Below, in pieces: positions 25,491 through 39,500 of a stretch of 64,000 nucleotides of DNA (position 1 is the first letter of the stretch; every line of letters starts with the position of its first letter). The position numbers and the translations under genes were made by a program. The notes below the pieces were generated by a model. That model ran no database searches. It had not been told where the DNA came from and saw nothing but the letters and a program-made list of their open reading frames with translations. Origin of the DNA: Vicugna vicugna. Lineage: Eukaryota. The stretch is taken from positions 1,005,061-1,069,060 of the forward strand of contig MU058423.1 in NCBI GenBank assembly GCA_013265495.1. Reading direction: 5' to 3'.

Positions 25491-28400
25491 TTTTCTAATC
25501 TCTTTTCTTCTCTTACATATTATCCATCCATGCCTCTTTATTTCGGTTATTTTTCAAGTCATCTTAGAGCTCACTAATTCTCTCACTAAATCTATTGTTA
25601 AAGCGATCTATTGAGTTTTTTAATTTTAATTTATATTTTCTATTTCTAGACGTTTTTAAATTTTTTGTCAGACCTACTGGTAATCTTTCATAGTTTCATT
25701 CTCTTTCTCATAAGCAAGTATAGTGAAATGTTTAAAAGCTTGAACTTAGGATCCATATTGCCCGACTAGAATCCTGTTCTATCACTTACTCACCTCTGAC
25801 TACAACTTTTCCTCCTAACTACTGAATACCGGGAATGCCTATATTAAAGAAGGAAGAAGATCACGTTGTCCAAAAATATTCCCTACTCTGTGTCTTCAAG
25901 CAGGACATGTGTCCTATGGCTTGTAAAAAAAAATGAGCAAATGCCTATCCTGTTTTAGCAACACACTAAATCATCAAAAATTCCATCAAAGGGGACCACT
26001 TTTTATATGTAGTATCATCTACTTACGGAGATGAATATTCTTCAGCAACTGTTAGCATCACAAGCAAATAAAACATTTGTAAACTGTGAAGAAAATTTTA
26101 TAGGCAGTGACTAATACTTTCTATGTTGACAAAATTTTTTTCTTTAAAAGATAAGGTTTACTATCTTTTAAAGAGAGAAATTAAGTTTACTAATTTATGC
26201 TAAGTTTAGCTAAGTATATCAATTCTAGAATCCTGATGTATATTTCCATAAATAGAGGTATTTACTCTAACATTATTCCCTTAAGGGCATTGCAACATAA
26301 ATTGTATAATCATAATTTTAAAATGTAAGACTAACACTAAAGCAAACCACAACTAATGAAAAATATGAATTTAAAATAATTCCTGAAGCAAAATGGCATA
26401 ATTGCCACTAAGTTTCTGAAATCTTTATTCTTTAAAGACTATTTCGCCATTCACAACCAACTGAAATGCTGTGATCTTTCCTAGAAGGGAAAGTAAAATG
26501 ATCTGACTAATAGCAACTAAACTCTATACAGCATTTTATCATTTACAAAGCTCTTTCCTTTACAATTTTTAGTTCACCAATATCAAAACTGTACTATCAT
26601 TATCCTGACATTTAAATGCCATTCTCTTTTCAATGTATTACGCTTTGTTAAATAACAACAACACAAAAATAATAATAGCAGACATTTACTGAGAGTTTAC
26701 CACATGCCAGGCCATGCTGTGAGAAATTCTCACAAAAAGCTTATGAGGTATGTACTAGTAATTTGCCCAAATCACACCTCTAGGAAGAGAAACCAGAGTT
26801 TTCTCTCTAACCAACATGTTAATTTGCCTCTACCCATACGTGTACACAGAAACTTATATATTCATAGAATACCTTTGGAAGGACAGTGAGGAATGCAGGA
26901 ACAGGGAAAGAAGAGAGATTTTTTCACTGTATGCCTGGCATGTATTTCTTGATGGTCAGGCAGAGAAAGGGAGTGGGGGTAGGAATTCCATGAAAAAAGG
27001 CACAGATTCAAAAGAATGAAAGTCTGATTAAAAAAAAAAAGATTAAAAAAAAAGTCTAGATGGCTTGAGCATTTACAGTGAAAGGTAGGGAGAATGAGTA
27101 AAGATGTAGTTTAAACAGAAAGCAAACAAGCTACCAAAGTCCCTGTATGATATCCAAAGAACCTGAAACTTTCCTATCAGAGAAGAAAAGTCACATAAGA
27201 TTTCTGGGTAAAGAATTTGAGAAGGAAAAAAAAAAAAAGAAAAAAACCCCAAACTTTTATGAGAACTGCATATGTTAACAAAAGAATGAGAAACTGGGGC
27301 AGGGAGTCCAGCTAGGAGGGCAAGGATTGGGGCTGGGACTTGAGACGCAGAGAGAGAGGGTGCTATGAATACCAAGTAAGATAATGCATATATAGTACTT
27401 AGCATAATGCCTGGCAAATACTATCCTCTAAAAAATACCTACTACTACTGTCACTGCTTTACTCCTGTAACTAGAGTATCAATGTATTGTATTTTGAGAA
27501 AAACCATGGAAAGGTAATGTAAGACAAGACCAAATGAACAGCACTGTCAGATTAGGAACTCCAAATCAGGAGGCAGCATAATAAAAATTTACTGATCCTG
27601 AGCCTTACTGAATTGAAGGGTCATCAGTTCTCTGAAAACCACAAACATACAGGGAGAAGCGGAGATCAAGGAACCCAAACAAACAACCCCTGCTGGAAAG
27701 GAACACCTGGCATATCTGGATCCAAACCCAAGCCCTGTATGTGTCTGAGCAGGTTATTTGTTAACGTGCAATTTCCTTATTAACAAAACAAAGCTGGATT
27801 AAGAAAGTTCACTGGTTTCTGATAGTTAACAATAAAACATATCTTAGGTATGTATAAAATGTCTAAAACATGGGAGAAGTTAAATGTTTTCCCCTCCTAA
27901 AGTGAAAACAGGATCAACATTTTGGTTTGATGAAAACATTGCCACATTAGAAAACTACTGCTAAGATCCTAGCTTATTAGTCTATTTGTTTTAAGAACTT
28001 AAAATCTAATCTTAGCATGGCCAGAGTGTCATGAGTTTCTGATTCTCAGAAATTCTTAAGTTCCTGTTGTCAAAGGTTACTGGCTTTGTGACAAGAAATA
28101 ACATGGGCATAGACATCTCTGTCTTTTAAAAATGCTGTTAATGACAATCTTAGTCCAAATCAACTTCTTAATACCTGACATGAGAGGAGGTCAGAAAAAA
28201 CATAATAAGAAAATTACTTAAATACCTCCTTTCATGAGACAAATCAATTTGATCAGGTCTAGAAACTAGCCATTGAATAAGAATTAACTTAATCAAGGAC
28301 ACTGGATTTTGTGCCTAATGCTAAGAAATAAATTCCAAAAAAATGTGACTACTGATTCACAGACTTCCTAGGATTTATTTTCAAGAGGGGTAATACTCGG

Positions 28401-28569
28401 TGACAGATTTTATTTTCTCATAATGAAATCAAATGGAGATTTTGTAAATGGGAGATCTTAATCTAGCTATCAAGAGTTATAAATTGCTGACCACATATGT
28501 TTATAAATGGACTTCTTCAGAAGAATAAGTTCCAAATATTCTTTTTTGTATGGCCACCAAGCCTAGTAG

Positions 28570-28935
28570 ACTAAACTACCACAAGTTTATGCCTGGATCA
28601 CTGCAATAGCCTCTCATCAGGTCTACCCACATCCAATTTTCCCCTCTCCAATGTTTTTTCCACAGTGAAACTAGAATGATCTTTATGAAAAGATATATTT
28701 ACTCATGTTAGTGACCCTCCTCCCAAATCCCTCCAGTTAAGATACTTCAGTGATTTTCCATTCCCCTTAAGGATAAAGACAAAACATGTTAACATGGCCT
28801 ACAAGGGTCTGCACAGTTTGGTCCCCAACTCCCACTCTAGTGTCGTCTCACAGTGTACTCCCTCTCATTCTCAGTGCTCCAACCAACCTGGCTTTATTTC
28901 TTTTTCCCCACCATGCCATACACTCTCCTGCCAAA
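28570..28935 (+). mobile_element. LINE-2 fragment
   Basis: tgcctggatcactgcaatagcctc; ctagaatgatcttt; taacatggcctacaagg. Confidence 0.7.
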
Positions 28936-28944
28936 GACACAGGT

Positions 28945-29500
28945 CAGTTGGTTAAGTGTTTTGGAGAAAAATAAAGCAGGAAAGGAGGGATAGGAAATTC
29001 ATAGGGCATAAAGATTTGTAATTTAGAAAAAAGTGATATTCGAGTAAAAACCTCAAGGCAGTAGTAAACGTGAGAACAGAGTTACACAGATGTCTGAAGG
29101 AAACGGAAAAGCCTTGAGACACATGGTGACTTCAGTAAAAGACAAAGGAGAACAACACCCGAATTGTAGGGCAGTGATGAGATTAGTAGACGGTAAGGTA
29201 AGTGATGAAACAGGACAGCTACTTTGGGCTTTGGGGCCACAGTAAGGATTGGCTTTTACCTGCTATGAGATGGGAGCTCACTGGGAGGTTCTGATCAAAT
29301 GGTAACAAATTCCCACTGAAATTTTAGACAGATCTCTAGCTGTTCTGTGGTGAAAGAAGGAGGAGGTCAAGGGCAGGGGCAGGAGAACTATCTTAAGGCA
29401 AATGAAACAACCCAAAGGATGGCAACATGGGTCAAGGAAGTAGCAATAGAAGTGGTAAAAATTAGTTATCTTCTAGATATATTTTAAAGATAGTGCCAAA
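28945..29500 (-). mobile_element. LINE-2 fragment (appears to resume at about 33150-33470 after the L1)
   Basis: ggccacagtaaggattggcttttac; gagatgggagctcactgggagg; tctagatatattttaaagatag; downstream gtgatcaactgtttaatgttgctga. Confidence 0.65.
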
Positions 29501-29999
29501 AGGAGTGAAGAGTTGGGAGAAAAAAAGACTACTGCTAATACTGCTAAACAATAAACAGAGGACAGGCACCAAACCAGAGGACAACAAGCAGGATAAATAC
29601 CAAAAAAAATCTACACTTAGGCGGATGTTCAAACTGCAGAAAATCAAAGACAAAGAACCAGAAGAGCGGGAAAAACCCACCTGATTCACAGAGGAGCAAG
29701 GATGAGAATTACATGAGACTTCTCAGAAATTACACAAAAACAGAGAATGAAGTGAAATATTGAAAGTGTTCAAAGAAAAAACCCACCAGGCTACAATTCT
29801 GTATTCAACAAAACTATCCTTCAAATGACAGAGGAATACAAACTTTCTCAAACACAAATTCAGGGGAATTTGTTGCCATAGACCCGCCCTACAAGAAATG
29901 TTAAAAGAAGCTCTTTAGAAAGAAGAAAAATGGTTTAGGTCAGAAACTTGGACCTAAATATGAATATATGAAGGTCAAATAAAACCCTTTATCTTTCTT

Positions 30000-30126
30000 T
30001 TTTTGGGGGGGGTAAGGGAGGGAGGTAATTAGGTTTGTTTATTTATTTATCTGTTTAATGGAAGTACTAGGGATTGAACCTTGCGGATGCAAGGGACACA
30101 CTCTACTACTGAGCTACACCCTCCTC
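30000..30126 (-). mobile_element. tRNA-derived SINE, camelid Vic-1-like
   Basis: Reverse complement reads gagggtgtagctcagtagtagag...ggttcaatccctagtacttccatt...aaacctaattacctccc. Degenerate TSD of about 20 bp: taaaaccctttatctttctt / taaaatcttttatttttctt. Confidence 0.82.
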
Positions 30127-30651
30127 TAAAATCTTTTATTTTTCTTATTCTTAATTGAGCTAACAGATAACAAGATGCTTGAAATAAAAGCAACAATGTA
30201 TTAGATGATTATAGCTTATGGATAAGTAAAATAAGTGTCAGCAATGTTATAAGTGATTATAGGAACTAGGATTACTGTTATAAAGTACTTGCACTGAAGT
30301 ATATGTACTATCTGTGAAGTGGTATAGTGTTACATGAACATGAAAGTAGGCTTGGATTAGCGGTAAAAAATATTTCAACTTCAAGTGCAACCACTAAAAA
30401 AAAAAATATAATTGATATGGTAAGAGAAGAGAAAAAATTAAATCATATAAAATAGTCAATTAAAACCAGAAGGCAGCAGAAAAAGAGTGAAAGACAAAAA
30501 AGGAACAAAGGCAATGAACAGAAAACAGTAACGACTTTGGTAGCTATTAACTCAACTGCATCAAAAATCACTAGTCAAAAAATCAATACCATAAATACAC
30601 CAATTAAAAGAAAGAGACTGTCAGACTGAATCAAGTAACAAGATTTATCTA

Positions 30652-30894
30652 CAGTCAATCCTTGAATAATGTGGGAGTTAGGGGCAGCAGCCCTTAACCA
30701 AGTTGAAAATCCGAGTATAACTTAACAGTCTGGCCCTCCAGCTATGTGGTTCTTCAAAATCCACAGTTTCATGTCCATGGATTGATTCGACCAACCCTGG
30801 CTTATGCAGTACTGTAGCAGATATTTAGTGAAAAAAAAATCTGTGTATAAGTGGACCCACACAGTTCAAATCCATGTTGTTCAAGAGTCAACTG
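30652..30894. mobile_element. Tigger2-derived MITE (Tigger2a_Art-like)
   Basis: Terminal inverted repeats cagtcaatccttgaataatgtggg / ccatgttgttcaagagtcaactg; TA on the left flank; 243 bp. Confidence 0.82.
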
Positions 30895-31051
30895 CATATG
30901 TTGTCTACAAGTAACTCACCTTGAATGTAAAGATAGATTAAAAGTAAAGGGATGGAGCAAGATATACCATACTAATGCTAATCAAAAGAAAGCTGGAACA
31001 GCTATATTATATTAATTTCAGACAAAGCAGACTACAGAGCAAGGAAAATTA

Positions 31052-31148
31052 CATGTACCCCAATGTTCACAGCAGCACTATTTACAAAAGCCAAGACATG
31101 GAGGCAACCTAAATGTCCATCAACAGATGAATGGATAAAGAGGATATG

Positions 31149-31213
<65 letters not shown>

Positions 31214-31676
31214 GACACAGACACACAGACACACACACAATGGAATATTTACTCAGCCATATGAAAAGAATGAAATAATGCCATATGCAGCAACATGGAG
31301 ATTATCATACTAAGTGAAATAAGTCAGACAGAGAAAGATAAATATTGTATGATATCATGTATATATGGCATCTAAAATATGATACAAATGAACTTATTTG
31401 CAAAACAGAAGGAGAGTCATACACATAGAGAACAAACATATGGTTACCAAAAGGGAAAAGGGGGAGGGACAAATTAGGAGTTTGGGATTAACGGATACAC
31501 ACTACTATATGTAAAATAGATAAATAACAAACACAGGCAATCATATTCAGTATCTTTCAATAATCCATAATGGAAAAGAATCTGAAAAAGAATGGATATA
31601 CATGTATAACTGAATCACTTTGCTATACACCTGAAACTAATACACTGTAAATCAACTATATTTCAATTAAAAAATT
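31052..31676 (+). mobile_element. 5'-truncated younger L1 3' end inserted in the older L1
   Basis: ccccaatgttcacagcagcactatttacaa...atggaaaagaatctgaaaaagaat...tacacctgaaactaatacactgtaaatcaactata plus A-rich tail. Flanked by a 62-67 bp direct repeat. Confidence 0.88.
31152..31239. repeat. Compound microsatellite (TA)14(CA)~13 with a degenerate CA/CAGA extension
   Basis: Read directly from the sequence. Confidence 0.95.
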
Positions 31677-34589
31677 AAAGAAAGCTGGAGTAGCTATATT
31701 AACTTCACATAAAGCAGACTTCAGAGCAAAGAAAATTATCAGAGATAAAGAAGGGAATACATAATGTATGTATAATGATAACAAAGGGGTCAATTCTCCA
31801 AGAAGACATAACAATTCTTAATGGTTATGTGCCTAACAACAGAGTGTCAAAATACATGAGGGAAAACTTGACATTCACATGGAAGATAATTAAGTTAAAC
31901 CCTTATACAAAAAAATAATTTAAAATGGATCAAAGACCTAAATGTAAGAGCAAAACTATAAAACTCTTACAAGAAAGCAAAGGGGAAAGCTTCATGACAT
32001 TGGATTTGGTAATGATTTCTTGGATTTGACAGAAGTACAGGTAACAAATGCAAAAACAGATAAACTGGACTGCATCAAAATTTTAAACTTCTATGCATCA
32101 ATAGACACAACCAATAATGTAAAATGGTAATAGACAGAATGGGAGACAATATTTGCAAATCATATATCTGATGAGGGGTTAATATTCAGAATATATAAGA
32201 ATTGCTACAACTCAACAACAAAAAAAAACCCAAACAAACCAGTTAAGAAAAAATGGCCAAAGAACTTGAATAGACATTCCTCCAAAGAAGATACACAAAT
32301 GGCCAATAAGCACATGAAAAGATACTTAACATCACTAGTCATTAAGGAAATGTGAATCAAAACCACAACGAAATACCACTTCACATCTATTAGGATGGCT
32401 ATTACCAAAACAAAACAAACAAATGAAGAAATCAGAAAATAACAAATGTTGGTGAGGATGTGGAGAAATTAGAACCTTTGTGCATCGTTGGTGGGGATGT
32501 GGAAAACAGTATGGTAATTTCTCAAAAAAAAAAAAAAACCCGAAAAAAATCCAAAACAGAATTACCATATAATCCAGCAATTCCACTCCTGTATATATAG
32601 CCAAGAGAATTGAAAGCAGGGACTCAGACACGTATTTGTAGTGCACCCATGTGCACAGCAGCATTATTCACAATAGGTGAAAAGTGGAAGCAATCCAAGT
32701 GTCCATCAACAGATGAATGGATAAACGAAATATAGTATGTATATACAACGGAATATTATTTAGCTTTAAAAGGAAATTGTGATACCTGCTATAACGTGAA
32801 TCAACTCGAGGACACAATAAGTGAAAGCCACAAAAGGACAAATACTGTATGATCCCACATATATGAAGTACCTACAGTAGTCAATAGTCAAATTCATAGA
32901 CAGAAGGTAAAATGGTGGTTCCCAGGGCTGGGGGAGTGAGGGAGATAGGGAGATACTGTTTAATACGTATGAAGTTTCAGTTTGGGAAGATTAAAAAAAA
33001 ATTCTGGAGATGGATGCTGTTAACAGTTTCATAAAAATGTGAATGTATTTAATACCACTAAACCACACATTTCAAAGGTAAAATTTAATGTGTATTTTAT
33101 CACAATTTTAAAAAATGAATTCACCATATTAACTTAAAATAAATCACACGTAGAGGCGCCAACAAAGGAAGACCAGAAGCAGCAGCCAGTGAGGTGGGAG
33201 AAAAACAAGTGTGTGGTTTCTTCGAACAAAGAAAAGAAAATATTTCAAAGAGGAAGTGATCAACTGTTTAATGTTGCTGACAAGTCAAGTAAGATGAGGA
33301 CTGAGAACTGACCACTGGAGGTCACTGGAGACTTGATCATCTCATTTCAGTGGAATAACCTACGGACAAAAGTCTGGCTGGGTTCAGGGAAGACTGGGAG
33401 GTGACAAACTGGAAACAGCATTATATAATTTCTTTGAGGAGTTTACTTAAAGAACAGAGAAATGGCGGTGGAAGGGGTCACCACTACAAGGGAAAGAGGA
33501 TTTGGGTTCAAGAGGGCTTTTGTTTTATTTATTTTATCTTTACATCAAACATTGAAGTTCAGTACATCAAACATTTAAGAGCTACTTAGTAAATGTTTGT
33601 CCAGAATCAACTATTTTCAAGACTAGGTTTATTAATGCTTGACACTAGAGGTTACAGGGTTGCAATTTAGAATCTTGCTTTCTTTCCCTCCTCCAAACAT
33701 TCTCTCATCATCTTTTTCCAAAGTTATTAAAATTTTTAGTAAAACTCTTCATCAAATAATATTGCAATGAATATACAATAATTTAACTACCTTTTTGGTT
33801 AGATATGTCCAAACATTCTATTATTATACATAAAGCTGCAAAAAATCTGCATAAATTTTTATCCAGCGTTACTTTTTCTTTGGGTTACATTCTCAGATGG
33901 ATCATTACTGGATTTAAGGCTAGGAACTTTTTAAAGGTTCTTCATGGAGATTAATAGTTCTATCAATTTACATTCTTACCAAGAATACATGGGTTTACCA
34001 TAATCCTAACAGCACAGAGTTTCAACTTACATTTGCTGATTACAGTTTAAATGGTCTATTTGGTTAATTGTATCATCAAAAATGTATTATCCTACTTTAA
34101 ATTTCTTTTATTAACTGGTGAGGTTAAACTGTTTTCCAAGCATTTATCGTTACATCTTTTTTCTTTTGCGAACTGCCTATTCTTTCCTCATTTGTTTTGA
34201 AAAGTTATTTTTCCTATCAATCGGTCTGCTATGTTTATTAATTAAGAAAAGCCACTCTTTTGATTATTTTATGTTTTCCCTGCAGGTGTTATCTACTTTT
34301 AATTGTTTATTTTATCATATTCAAGTTAATTTTTGTTAATTATGTTAAATCTGTATTTCCCTTTGTCATTTTCCATTTATAGTTCATAGTTTGGTTTATA
34401 ACTACTAAGGATTGGGTATCAACAGATTAAAGCAGAAGATGTATTTAGGAATGAAAGTTCTGTTGAAACGAACTTAGAAAGTTTCTTCTGCTATAAATAT
34501 CTGGTTTATTATCTGGTCTCCATTTAAATGAAGGTTTATAAATGTATGTCTAATAAATAAACATATAATAAAATCTGGTAAAAGCAACT

Positions 34590-34970
34590 AGAAAAACAGG
34601 ACTTGGATTCAGAAGACCTATAATTCAAAAGACCTGCTGGCTCTACCACTTAGCAGCTAGAAGTGGCTAGCTTCTCAACTTCATTCAATTCTCATGGTCT
34701 GTAAATAACAGCATAATACCTTTTGAGGGCTTACTATTTGCCAATCATGACTCTAAGGATTTTACTTTTATCAACTTATTAAAATACAACTCTATGATAT
34801 TATTATCACCACTCTATACAAGAGAAAACATATAACCTAGAGAGATTAAATAACTCATCAAAACTCACACATAATTAGTAAATAGGAGAACCAGGATTTG
34901 AATCTAGACTTTCTGACTCCAGGGCCCCTATTCTGGCTCCTAATCACTCTATTATATAGCCTCTCTCCTC
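34590..34970. mobile_element. MIR fragments in both orientations
   Basis: ggattcagaagacct...gctctaccacttagcagct; agagattaaataact...gaaccaggatttgaatctagactttctgactccag. Confidence 0.62.
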
Positions 34971-35594
34971 TTTAAAATTGGAATGATATCATTTATCTCA
35001 TATTAAATTAATTGAGGCAATATCTATGAGAGAATTTTAAGTGTAAAGTCAGTATTATTAAAGATTTTTGTTCTGAATATGAACAAAAAATCTGATAGAT
35101 ACTTAGTATACTTAAAATACTTAGTATAAATTAAAATTGATTAAAAATGAAACAAAAAGATGGTAGCAAATTCTTCAACTCATCTACTGAGAACTAAAAT
35201 CCTTACAGTAACCTGTTAAACGTACCATGGAGACAGCCCTTAGGCTCTTGCTTTCTGGCTAAGGAAAAAAAAAAGTCTACCTTAGCTAGGAGAATATAAA
35301 ATTTATTCCATAAAAATGAAAGCAAAAAGCACGATCCCAAATCAGTTAAATATGCAAGTTTGAAAGCCCACGAAAATAAGAGACTAGGTTTGTCTTTCTC
35401 TCCCTTAGGTCTTGCCAGTTTCTCTTCTGACACCAGTATCTCGGTTTTTCTATCCAAATCCTCCACGCCGTTTCGGGTGCATTTCAAGCCCCCAACTTCA
35501 AAGTTGTATCAATTAACTCATACCTGTAGTTGTCTTTACCTGACCTCTTATTACTTCTTTTATTAAAACTCCTTAGTCTCTGGTTACTTTTTCT

Positions 35595-36305
35595 TTTGTT
35601 GACATATAATTCACATACCATAAAACGTATCACTTTAAAGTACGTAATTCAGTGGTTTAAATTACATTAACAAGGTTGTACAACTATCACTACTACCTAA
35701 TTTCAGAACATTTTCATCACTCTAAAAAAAAACACCCATATCCTTTAGCAGTCACTCCCCATCTCCCCATCCCTCCAGCCTCTGGCAACCAGTAATCTAC
35801 TTTCTGTCTCTATAGATTTGACTATTCCAGTCATATCTATAAATGAAATAATAGAACATGTGGCCTTTTATGCCTGGCTTCTTTCACCTACGTTTTTCAA
35901 GGTTTATCCATGTTGTAGCATATATCAGTACCCCCATTTCTTCTTATGGCTGAATATTGTATGGCTATACTACATCTTGTTTATTCATCAGTTGATGGAT
36001 ATTTGAGTTGTTTCCACTTTTTGGCTATTATGACCCAAAATGTTATGAACATAGTACACTAGCTTTTATGTGAACATGTTTCCAATTCTCTTGGGTATAT
36101 ACCTAGAGCAGAACTGCCAGGTCATACGGTAACCCTATGTTTAACTTTTTGAGGAACTGCTAAACTGTTTTCTACGGTGGCTATACCATTTCACATTCTC
36201 ACTACAACCTTGTCAACACTTGTTATTGCCCGCTTTTTAATCACAGCCATCCTAGTAGGTGTGAAATGGTATCTCATTGTGGTTTTGATTTGCATTCCCT
36301 AATGT
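35595..36305 (-). mobile_element. L1MB-like 3' end (sense to RAP1A)
   Basis: gacatataattcacataccataaa...atctactttctgtctctatagatttg...gtgtgaaatggtatctcattgtggttttgatttgcatt. Confidence 0.85.
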
Positions 36306-36354
36306 CTCTGGCTACATTCTGTCATTTCTATGTGACAAAAACTCCTCTAATTCA

Positions 36355-36540
36355 TAGACAGCAAGGTTTTCCTGTAAAGGGCCAGACAGTAAATATTTTA
36401 TGCTTTGAGGGCCACATATAGTCTATGTTACATATTCCCCTCTTTTTTTTGTTTGTTTTTTAAACAATAAAAGCAAAAGCCATTCTTAGCTTGAAGGCCA
36501 TACAAAAATGGGCCTCAGACTGTAGTTTGGCAACCTCTAC
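36355..36540 (+). mobile_element. hAT-Charlie MITE (MER58C-like)
   Basis: ctgtaaagggccagacagtaaatatttta...ccattcttagct...tgtagtttggcaacctct. Confidence 0.75.
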
Positions 36541-39500
36541 TCCGATTGTTTCATAATTAGCCTTGTCTTCTCCATCAATGCCAACTTTGTTGAAAGCAAG
36601 GTAAGGATGATTTTATATTCCTTTAAGGTGATAAGCACAAAGCCCATAAATACAAGAGCAGAGGTTTTAAAAATACTTGAACTGAGCTTCCTGTACAAAG
36701 CATGTCCCCAGTTAAACAAAACAAAACAAAACAAAACAAAAAACATGTATCTTCCCACTGGTATTTACACAATATAAATAAAGCATGCTAGTTTTTTAAA
36801 TGATTACTAGAAGTAAAACATCATTTTTCTTTTGAAATTGGGCAGCTTAACTAAGAATATCATAAAAGAGAAAAAAAAATCTTTCAAATGCCCTGAATGA
36901 AAGCTATATTTAGAGGCATTTAACTTATTAAAATAACTTTCTAGCACCAAATGTGTTTTAAAAACATATTTCTGAATCAAATATCTCTAAATCCTAAAGC
37001 TATAAATAAGATTAAAATTATAGTAATACACCATAGCAGAACTCGAACAAAAGGTACATACTTCTAGCAAATGTGAAAATCTAGTAATTTCAACAATTTG
37101 CGTTTTACATTCTGGAAATTATAGGTTGCTCAAATAGAAGGAATTGATTCTAAGAAACTCTTTGATATAAAGTGAAAACCAATGTATCAGACAACAGACA
37201 GACAACTAGCTATTTATCTCTTGAAGTCACTAAACTTCTTTGAAGCCAAAATTTCTCATCTTTAAAAGTAGAATTAATTTCATCTGTTTTACCTTTTTCA
37301 TAGAATTGTGAAGATCAAATGAGATAAAGTTTATACATGTTTATAAAAAGCACTCTACAAATAATATGACTCATATATTGCTAGAAGGATTCTAAACCAA
37401 AATCTAGTTTTCACTACTAAATAAGTGTAACTAAGAGTTCTCTGGGTCTTCATAGGTAGAATAATAACAAGTATTTTTCCTAATGGTTCTAATGACATCA
37501 ATGAACACTATGGTGATTCTTGCTTTTAATGTTTTCTAAAGGAGGAATGGAAATCAGCACAAACTGGCCTTACATTCTGAATGGCACAAAGGTTAACCAA
37601 GTGCATAAAAGCATTCAGACCAGTTCCCCAGGTCTTAGGAATCTAAGACAACATTCATTCTTTTGCATCTTTAACTTATTCTAACTAAAAGGAATAATAC
37701 ACTAAATATTCCTTTAAACACTAAACTGCCTGCTAAAAATTCAGTGGGACCCTAACAGTACCCTCAAAGACCAAGCCAGAATCAGCAGTAAAGTTTTCAT
37801 CAACAGAAAAGGAGTAATAAAGAAATGGTAATCTAATATTCCATGTTAAATACTTTATACAAACCATACCATTTGATTTTCATGACCATAAGGTAGGGGT
37901 ACTATTAATACCATTCATATTACAGCTAAAGAAAGTGAGGCTAAGAAAAGCATCTTACCAAAGCTCATAGTAATTTGCATAACTGGGATCAGAATTCAGA
38001 CATGACTCTACCGTCCACATTCTTAACCCAAAGTAAGCCAGGCTGTTTTTTTCTTATCAAATTTCACTTTCTATAGCAAGAGCAAACCAAAAACAAAATC
38101 CAAGAAAAAGGCAAAATTTCCAAATGTGTGCTTCAATTTATTTTCTTTCCATATCCAAGTAGAACAAAACTCATAAAAAGTAGTTAATGACCAGGAGACC
38201 ACATAACAAAATAGGGTGATGGGTGAAGAGTTGAGATAACATATCCTGCACATACTCATTCTAATACTGGCTCCTATCTAACTTTTTAAGTTCAAAATTA
38301 AGCCTTGTTTCAGTAAGTTTCTTTGCTCACAGTGGCTGAACTCTTAAGAAAGCCCATTCCAATGACTTTAAGTCTGTAGTTCCTGTAGTTGAAAATGCGC
38401 TGGAGTACTTGCTGCATAGTACGAGCACATTAAATACTTGAAGTACTATTGGCAGAAATGATCACCAGGAAATATCTGTAACAATCCAGATCCACCCACT
38501 TTCCATCAGTGTAGTCAACTGACCCTACCTTCACTTTTCCTACTCCCATTTCTACATCTATGTACATCAATGTAAGGTCTGGTACATAATGAGGATGCAT
38601 GTTTCAGAAACCATTATGAGTCTCCTTGAAAATAGTGTTCTGATCCAATTTTTCTAAAGTTATCAATTCTGAACAATTTTTTAAGAAGTTATATTTGAAT
38701 GAATTTTATTTTTCTTTAGTCTAAAGAACATAGTACACAGGAACCATACCATAAAATACATGGGTTAAAAAAAATAAAGAACATAGTAGAGGGGAAAAAC
38801 CCTCAAATCTTGCATTTGACAACAATATGCTGAAGGGCAATAACAGAGGGTCACAAACATGGAAACATGTAAGGATATTAAAAGAGTTGCCAAAGAAATA
38901 ACATTTAATAAAGTAAATAATTTATATTACCAAAATAAAATGTAGGTCTATGGGAACAATCTTGAAATTGTCAACAAAGAAATATTCCCATGACATATGA
39001 TAAAATTTCTAAGCAACCACAACACAAAACACCACCAGTAAACAGAAATTATATCACAGTTGAACAGTGATTTTGTTAAAATACTTGCAAATACAATGAT
39101 TATAGAGTGATTTTTATGTAGGATTAGTTCTAGACACCAAATACACCAGCTATTTTCACTGAAGAATAGAATTTTCAATACACTACAGACTAAAAGACTG
39201 ATAATGTTATTTACAACATCCCCACACATTAACATTGATAAGGAGAAGGAGATACACCAATCTTAATCCTTTGGCATGCACGAAAGTGTCAGAACAACAG
39301 CATATACAAGCTGTGAAATTTGAAAAACGCTACATACGAACAATCGACAAAATCATCAACTCCTAAATCTGTGTTTGAGTCTAATACTTTTGGACTCATA
39401 TGACTCTCAAGGTTCTACAAAAATGAATTACTACAATTTTTTGTTACAGTGTAACAACAATTTAATAACTTCACATTAGTTAAAAGATATCAATCAGTAT

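Larger units (their letters stand above)
29530..33115 (+). mobile_element. Old L1 (ORF1 end, ORF2 with a large internal deletion near 31870, 3' UTR) with nested younger elements
   Basis: aaaactatccttcaaa; aattctccaagaagacataacaattc; aaatggatcaaagacctaaatgtaagag; caaatggccaataagcacatgaaaagat; ttctggagatggat. Confidence 0.85.

Noticed and set aside
31032..32664. ORFs such as MFTAALFTKAKTWRQPKCPSTDEWIK and their antisense partners
   Set aside because: Fragments of decayed L1 ORF2 and microsatellite translations, not host genes. The same applies to ORFs at 43754-44490.
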